Source of the DNA: Macrostomum hystrix | Taxonomy: Eukaryota; Animalia; Platyhelminthes | Length of the DNA stretch: 64,000 bases | Direction of reading: 5' to 3' | Assembly (NCBI GenBank): GCA_950097015.1 | Contig: CATNEN010000037.1 | Span: 1,922,001-1,986,000 of the forward strand | In this document: positions 56,857 through 64,000 of the stretch, one piece after another | How the letters are laid out: each line of letters opens with the position of its first letter | Numbering within the stretch: the stretch's first letter is position 1 | Position numbers and translations under genes: made by a program | The notes under the pieces: model-generated | What the model was told of the DNA's origin: nothing | Database searches by the model: none | What the model saw: only the letters and a program-made list of their open reading frames with translations

Positions 56857-57635
56857 GGTACCTGGACACTTCGTCATCTTACAACTTCGTCATCCAGATG
56901 ACGATCTGTCCAATATCTTAGAGGGTGGATGATGAAGAGACTTAGACTTGTGGACACTTCGTCATCTATAAAACAAAAGTTTTCAAAGTTAGAACAGAAC
57001 CACCCCTCCCCACCCCTCCTCACATCGTGTTGGCACCTATCTTTCAACACTTATAATGAAATCAGTTTTGACATCTCTTTTTGATAATTTAGAGTGTGAA
57101 GTGTGTTCACACCTCTGCCCCACCACCCCACGTCCCCACCCTCACTTTATTGATGACGAACTTGATTGCTTGTTATTAGAAGATGACGAACTGACCAAAC
57201 TTTAAAGCATGCCAACTTCGTCATCCAGATGACGATCTGTCCAATATCTTAGAGGGTGGATGATGAAGAGACTTAGACTTGTGGACACTTCGTCATCTAT
57301 AAAACAAAAGTTTTCAAAGTTAGAACAGAACCACCCCTCCCCACCCCTCCTCACATCGTGTTGGCACCTATCTTTCAACACTTATAATGAAATCAGTTTT
57401 GACATCTCTTTTTGATAATTTAGAGTGTGAAGTGTGTTCACACCTCTGCCCCACCACCCCACGTCCCCACCCTCACTTTATTGATGACGAACTTGATTGC
57501 TTGTTATTAGAAGATGACGAACTGACCAAACTTTAAAGCATGCCAATTGGCTGGATGACGAAGTGTCCTACCTTCTAAGTGGATGACGAAGTTGTAAGAT
57601 GACGAAGTTGTAAGATGACGAAGTGTCTAGGATCC
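56857..57635. mobile_element. Non-autonomous TIR element (38-bp TIR, 8-bp TSD) with an internal 331-bp tandem duplication
   Basis: TIRs GGTACCTGGACACTTCGTCATCTTACAACTTCGTCATC / GGATCCTAGACAC... (35/38 identical); flanks GATGATAT / GATGATAC; about 56882-57215 is repeated at about 57213-57546. Confidence 0.85.
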
Positions 57636-57788
57636 GATGATACATTACCCTAGTTTGTAAACAGTACCTTCATTCATAGTTTTTATTTTTCATACTAAGA
57701 TTGACACATTAGCTAAGTACAATTATTAATACAATGTGGTTAGAATCATCAACCATTCAGATTTAAAATTAGGCATGTAGCACTTTAT

Positions 57789-58275
57789 GGTCCCAGGTCA
57801 TTTTGGTGACAAGACATTTCGGTGACAGTCAGTTCGGTGACAACTATTTTTGGACCTAAATATGCTGAGAAAACAGCCTTCCACAATCTAGCAGCTGCTT
57901 AAAGCCTGCACTGGCCTTGTCAATCCAAAACTTGAAAAAAGATTATTATACACATTTAATTAGGAATGAATAGGCCCCCTAACTATTGAAACTATTGACT
58001 ACTCATTAAATAATTTAATAATTTAACTCATTAGTGAGTGTCATTAGTGATTAGTGACTGTCACTCTCAGAGTGATGCAGCTTCTTATAATACTTATAGC
58101 ATTATTTAATTAATACTTTATAAGTGTGCATAGTTAAAATGGAAGGCAGTTTTTTAGCATATTTAGGTGCAAAAATAGTTGATACCAATCTGACTAATTG
58201 TGTCACTGAAATGACTTGAGTTGTCACCGAAATGACTGTCACCAAAATGTCTTGTCACTGAAATGACCTGGGACC
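57789..58275. mobile_element. Non-autonomous TIR element (57-bp TIR, 8-bp TSD)
   Basis: TIRs GGTCCCAGGTCATTTTGGTGACAAGACATTTCGGTGAC... (53/57 identical); flanks CACTTTAT / CATTTTAT. Confidence 0.85.
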
Positions 58276-58343
58276 CATTTTATCAAAGCCATGTACTGAC
58301 AAAAGTATTATAATGATATACTATGTATGCTACAATGGGCTAT

Positions 58344-58905
58344 GGTGGAGTTCCGTTTGTTATATTATTTTGCAATTTGAAATGACTGCGGACAGGTTAA
58401 ACAAGTTTTACGACCAATGCAGCAACATTTAAACAAACATTTAAACGAGGACACTCAGCCATCGATGTAGCGGTCTCCCTGACGACGCTGCAGGCGCATA
58501 GGTGGTGCATTAGCACAGTGGCAGTGCCGCTCATTGGCCAGCAGCCGGTACTTGGCTAGCCAGCGCATGGTTGACAGTGTGTCCACAGTCATGGCGTGCA
58601 TGTCCCGCAGTGTCCAGTCGATGTTGCATAGTTCCACAGCAGCCATAATCTCTCCTGGGAGAATAATCGTCGATGGTGCAGCAGGTCGACCCACCATCTC
58701 CAGTAGCAGCTTGGGTTGATTTGTACTTTTGATTTGTGCTGAGGCAACTTGAGCAACTTGAGCCGATAAGGTCTTGACTTGAGCCAACAGTCAATTTTAG
58801 ACCATAGACATACATATGCCACGTCATGCCAAATCGTCCATTGCATTACCGGGCTTTTAGCACCATTTTGAAATTGAAAAATAATATAACAAACGGAACT
58901 CCACC
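58344..58905 (-). mobile_element. Internally deleted Merlin/IS1595-like transposon (42-bp TIRs) retaining a transposase N-terminal zinc-ribbon fragment
   Basis: TIR GGTGGAGTTCCGTTTGTTATATTATTTT.CAATTT.AAAATG (40/42). The minus-strand ORF ends TLSTMRWLAKYRLLANERHCHCANAPPMRLQRRQGDRYIDG*, matching the Merlin pattern WL...LL....C..C...M.L......DG..W. No TSD seen. Confidence 0.65.
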
Positions 58906-60724
58906 ATGTAGTGAACGGAATCACTACAATGATATGCTACACATATTGCTAAATTCAAATCTCTAAAACAGATTGAATCTGGGTGCTAGCCCTATTGTCA
59001 TATACCATATTGCCATAGGCTATTGGATGAAGAACTAACCAATTCAAATGGGTGTGCTGATTGACAGATAATAAAGTGACCAATGTCCAACATTCAATCA
59101 ATGAGCAGATGACAAAGTGACTAATTTTTTAAGGGCCTACATTAGATTAGAATATGACAAAATATATGGCAAAATGTCATTTGATAAAAAAATTGTACAA
59201 AAATTTGACTACAATCCTTGAATTTAACATTAAGTCCCTTAATTCTTTGCATTGCAATGTGCCTAATTGAATACATCAATAAATATAAATATACTATGAT
59301 ATTAATGTTGTATACTTATAAATAGTTGACCTAGGCCTATGGCAATATTGTAATAGTATAACTAAAAATGTCTTCAATAACAACTTCTTTTACTTTTTAG
59401 TAAACAAAAAATGACTAGGCCTAACAACCAAAAAGCCTGGATATCATATTATATTACTGTGCTCAAACAATGAAGTAGTGTGCCACACAGAAGAGAATAC
59501 TGCTAAAGGTAATAAGGCAAGGCAAGCTAACAAAACAAGAATAAAATCATCATTCCCCTCATAAATTTCACTTGCCGACACATAAGTCAGTCACTTTCTG
59601 TTGGCAGACAGTAGAGTAGACAATAAGACTAGGCCCTATTATTACTATTAGGACTATGACTATTATATTATGACCAGGCCAAGCATGCATGCGCAACACA
59701 ACACCCAGGCCCAGCCGACCCGGCCGAACTGGCCGGGTGAAACGAGGGCCAAGCAAGGTAAGTCACAAAAACCAATCAACCAAGTGCAAAAAAATCAAAG
59801 GGGGGACCAAGGGACAAAAAAGGAAGACGTGAAGAAGAGGAAATAGGGGAGAGAAAAATAGAGCAAATGAGAGCAAACTAAGTCGTAAATAGAGCAATGA
59901 AACGAACAAAGTCGCAACTGAGAGCAAACTAAGTCGTAAATAGAGCAAAAACTAAGTCGCACAGCCGGCTAAGATTTGGGAGGTTGCACATGTATGAGGC
60001 CAAAAATTCCGAATCTCGAAATTGCCTAATTAGACATTAGACTGATTTAGACATGGGAAGCAAAATCGAACTAGAAATTCTTACAAGTCAAGGAGACCAC
60101 CAAAGTATTGTTAGTTTTCATGTTAGTGTACTTGTTGGCTTTGTAATTATAGGCCGTTAACAATAATTATAGGCCGAAAATGAAATGATCATTATTGACA
60201 TTATTGTCCGATTACCAAATTATAGAATTTCTTGGAATGTTTCTTAGAATATTTTAAGCGCGGCTTTTGCGCGGCGGCTTTTCAATGCTTCAAAGCAAAA
60301 ATTATTAACTGTCTCAATTCTCAATGTGACAAATTACCATTACTACAATTTGAAATGCTTGATGCATTAAGTAAAATTCCTAAGAGGTTGTAGCTGAACA
60401 AACTTTTGTGCAATTTAAAACGCTGTTAAAATACACAAGTCCACGACCGACAGGGCGTCGCCGGGTCACCGGCTATAATTTCATAGATAACTGCTTGCTG
60501 ATTTGCTTTTTGACCCAAAGTGACTAGTCATTGTATATTATTTTTATGATTATTAAAAATGCTTTAACTAACTATCAGAATATCGGAAACAAAATATGTA
60601 CCTAGGCCTAGCTAGCTAATACTATAGTTTATTTATGTCTTTATATATATATGTTTTTAGGTTTTTATTTTTCTATTTAACCAAGACCTATTTCTTTTTT
60701 CTATGGCTTTTGCTATATAAATAA

Positions 60725-61368
60725 GAATTCCTGTCGTTTCGGCCATACACAGTTTCGGGCGATAGCCGCTTTGGCCAAAAGCCATTTTGGCCAAAGCAGT
60801 TTCAGCCAAAAGCCAAATCAGCAAAATAATGCTACATTATTAGGCCTATAGTTCTGTCTGTACATAAATGTACTGTTCGTAATTTTCAGTACATTTAGCA
60901 GTCCTTAAAATGAGTTGAAGCCTAAAGGACTGTACATCTTCAATTCCACAACAGTAAATGCCTTCTTGGACTCTGTAGCTAAACTCATCGGCAATAGGCC
61001 TACTTGTAATGGCAAGCAAAATGCACTCATTGGCAATAATGAACTATTCATATTGGTTCAGAATATTCACGTTTTTACCATTCTTTGTGTACCAAGTCCT
61101 CTTATTTTTTTACTTTTGTGCTGTACAAATACTTGCAGCATGTATTTAAAATTCTTTGAAATTGTAAAAGTCAACGACCAACGTCATGCTTTCTATTGTC
61201 ACTATCAAATAAAATTAACAACCATTAAATAAATTAGAAATTAGCCATCAGAATGTTGTGAGTTTAAATAAGTATGGGGCTGAACTGGTTTGTGGCCAAA
61301 ATGGCTTGAGGCTGAAACAGCTTTTGGCCGAATGGCCGAAACATCTATGGCCGAAATGACCAGTCACT
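60725..61368. mobile_element. Degenerate TIR element with inverted subterminal TTTCGGCC/TTTTGGCC repeats
   Basis: Left end CCTGTCGTTTCGGCCATAC..., right end (reverse complement) CTGGTCATTTCGGCCATAG...; termini and TSD are fuzzy. Confidence 0.55.
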
Positions 61369-61559
61369 ATATATAATGTAGCTAGCTAGCTTTAGGGGCC
61401 TAGCTTAATCAACAAAACATGATTTGGCTTCTTGAACGTTTAATCCTCTAGAGGTCAAGTTTTAGTAGATTCGTAAATCCTTGTTTAATTAAAAAACAAT
61501 CAATTTTGTTTCATCTCCAACCACCTATAGTCCGGATGGTGTAATGTGGTACGCCGGAA

Positions 61560-62070
61560 GGAAAAAGGAGGATTCCCAAGTGGTACGCCAGTGGTACGCC
61601 AAAAGAAAGACGTGGGGGTCCCTCAGTGTATAACGTTGTGGCACTAAAAATAATAACATTTCGACTTTGAAAACGGTAAAAATATAGCAGACAAACTTGA
61701 ACAATTATTAAAAAATAAAAGATATAATCAGCGCTCAGAAATTTATTTACCAATAATACTAGGCTACATTATTTTATTAATTTATAAAATGATTAATCAA
61801 GTTATACAATGCAGGAAAAAATATATGCAATTTTTTACGTAAAATACATTGTCGTGTGATGTAGTCATATCTTGTATGTCGTAATTTATGCAAAATTACA
61901 AAAAGTTTTTACTCTGGCAACGATTTTTTGCCTGGTGGTGCCAATGGTACGCTAAAAGTGGTACGCCAATTCAACTTCAGCTTGGTGGTACGCCAAAGGT
62001 GTTACGCCAAATGCTTTTTCGAATCGGTGGTATGCCAATGGTGGTACGCCAATTTTTTGGAAAACTTATT
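61560..62070. mobile_element. Probable decayed hAT-type MITE with clustered GTGGTACGCC motifs near both ends
   Basis: About 10 same-orientation (G)TGGTACGCC motifs in two clusters (61545-61600 and 61930-62052); TIRs not clean. Confidence 0.35.
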
Positions 62071-62688
62071 TGAAATCTCCAGCGTTCCAGTCACCTTCCG
62101 GAGTATGGCCAACCACTTGGAAGATGAGATAGAAATAATGATATAGAATGGTGACTGATCAGTCCATCACTGGATAACCACACTAAGTTGGACATGGGTA
62201 ATCAGGGGTTTTGTGTTGAGGTTAATTTAATGAAAGAGAATAAATATAGGATTGATCTTTAATAGACACATGGGAATCTGTTGAAGCTTAATCCTTTTAA
62301 TTATAGTAGACTCACACATTATACAAGTGAATGATAGACTATGCAACACTAGGAAATCACTCAATGGTTTTGTGTGGCAGGTAGGGTATTTTTTATGGAA
62401 GAATAATAAATATGATTAAACTTTAATAAAGGCATTGCATTGATAAGGACCTATTAAAAATTAATCCTAATAATTATAGTGTAGGCCTAAGGGCTTTTGT
62501 GAGTACCACAAAAATAATACATATGACTCAGACACCATTATAACTAGGATAATGTAAAAGAGACAAATAATCATCCAATCACCGAAGAAAAGAGAGATGT
62601 AAAGGTTTGCTTAGACCAAATGATTTTATTAAAATTTTAAAACCAATAAATTTATTAATTTTAGCTAATCTATCGCAACTGAGCTGCC

Positions 62689-63151
62689 ATGCTCCAGTGC
62701 CTGTGGCGTGGTTGCCCTGTTGGTGGCGTGCACGCTGACCTGGCTAGTCACGTGATTGGACATGCAGCACAAATCGATTCTGGCAGCCTATCTTGCCATT
62801 GGCTGGGCTGCCAACGTGGCGAGAAACCATTTTCTTTTCGCTACCAGTTGCACCAGCATGTTGCCTTGCACGCCAATGAAGGCCAGTTTGCCTGTCAACA
62901 GTGTGGCAAGCGATTCAATACAGACACTTATCTGCGCCGGCACCTGGCCTCTCATCAACTGCCGGAGGAGCGTCGGCATGCCTGCGTTGTCTGCAGCAAA
63001 CGATTCGCCCACTCTGCTGACAAGAGTCGCTGCGAGCGCGGGCACCGAGGCCAGCTGCACAATTGTAGACACTGTGGCAAGGCCTTCAAGGACCCAAGCA
63101 ATTTGCGCAAGCATCGCAAGCGATGGCATAGCAACGAGTCTGCGCCTGACG
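62689..63151 (+). CDS. Exon encoding five C2H2-type zinc fingers, divergent GLI/GLIS/ZIC-like; the gene continues beyond the donor at 63152
   Basis: F1 CLWRGC and F2 CHWLGC...KPF..RY.L..H form a tandem CWCH2 pair; F4 RFAHSAD; F5 KDPSNLRKH. GCCATG start context; donor G|GTAAAT. Confidence 0.85.
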
Positions 63152-63299
63152 GTAAATTGCCCTGCCATTTAGCCCTTCGTAATAGTGTGCTTTTATTAAA
63201 GTGCTGTCTATAACTAGCGGCATTTAGTTGCTGTGTAATTTGTTTCTTTTGATTCCCTCTGGTTAGCATGCACTACCTCCTAGATTCTCTCAGGACTAG

Positions 63300-64000
63300 A
63301 CCATTATTGTTAGCCGTCACTCTCCCAGACTATTCTTATGAGCCTGTCACTCTGTCTCTACAACACCATTATTGGTAGTCTGTGTCTCGCAGACCATTCT
63401 TGTTAGACTGTCACTCTCCCAGACCATTCTTGTTAGTCTGTCACTCTCCCAGACCATTCTTGTTAGACTGTCACTCTCCCAGACCATTCTTGTTAGCCGT
63501 CACTCTCCCAGACCATTCTTGTTAGACTGTCACTCTCCCTGACCATTCTTGTTAGCCGTCACTCTCCCAGACCATTCTTGTTAGCCGTCACTCTCCCAGA
63601 CCATTCTTGTTAGCCGTCACTCTCCCAGACCATTCTTGTTAGACTGTCACTCTCCCAGACCATTCTTGTTAGACTGTCACTCTCGCAGACTATTCTTGTT
63701 AGTCTGTCACTCTCCCAGACCATTCTTGTTAGACTGTCACTCTCCCAGACCATTCTTGTTAGCCGTCACTCTCCCAGACCATTCTTGTTAGTCTGTCACT
63801 CTCCCAGACCATTCTTGTTAGCCGTCACTCTCCCAGACCATTCTTGTTAGCCGTCACTCTCCCAGACCATTCTTGTTAGACTGTCACTCTCCCAGACCAT
63901 TCTTGTTAGACTGTCACTCTCCCAGACCATTCTTGTTAGACTGTCACTCTCGCAGACTATTCTTGTTAGTCTGTCACTCTCCCAGACCATTCTTGTTAGA
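63300..64000. repeat. 30-bp minisatellite (GTTAGACTGTCACTCTCCCAGACCATTCTT) in the zinc-finger gene intron
   Basis: Visible tandem running off the window end. Confidence 0.97.

Noticed and set aside
59670-59759. GC-rich segment ending in CAAG|GTAAGT, a possible first exon of the zinc-finger gene
   Set aside because: The donor is strong, but the phase-compatible acceptor (CTGAG at 62683) is weak and there is no homology support.
60435-60480. Helitron-like 3' end (GGGCGTCGCCGGGTCACCGGCTAT)
   Set aside because: No CTAG terminus or identifiable 5' end; single occurrence.

Overview
Eukaryotic (metazoan) genomic DNA. Compact GC-rich exons are separated by introns and intergenic stretches, many of which carry their own 18-40 bp minisatellite array. 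This architecture is most like a free-living flatworm of the Macrostomum type, but that assignment is inference. Splice models were built by eye and checked for GT-AG and reading-frame phase. Supported genes: first coding exon of a TASK-type K2P channel (-), a Tctex-1 domain protein (-), PP2A catalytic subunit (-, 4 exons) head-to-head with RACK1 (+, 2 exons), a type II membrane, catalytically dead carboxylesterase-like (neurotactin-like) protein (-, 7 exons), ELP4 (-, 8 exons, no ATG found), an ankyrin-repeat protein (-, 3 exons), a small 2-TM protein (+) and a divergent GLI/GLIS/ZIC-like zinc-finger exon (+). Mobile DNA: a decayed long-TIR mariner in PP2A intron 1, two tRNA-derived SINE families (four copies each), and a cluster of TIR elements at 56.8-62 kb including a Merlin-like deletion derivative. 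Nearly all long ORFs in the ORF track are artefacts of tandem repeats. The most interesting leads: (1) ELP4 seems to need only a Met, which a flatworm spliced-leader AUG could supply; (2) several intronic minisatellites read as concatenated 3' splice sites on the sense strand; (3) the Tctex protein has two PxIxIT calcineurin-docking motifs; (4) a GLI-like factor with altered fingers; (5) an exon-intron inverted duplication in the ankyrin gene.
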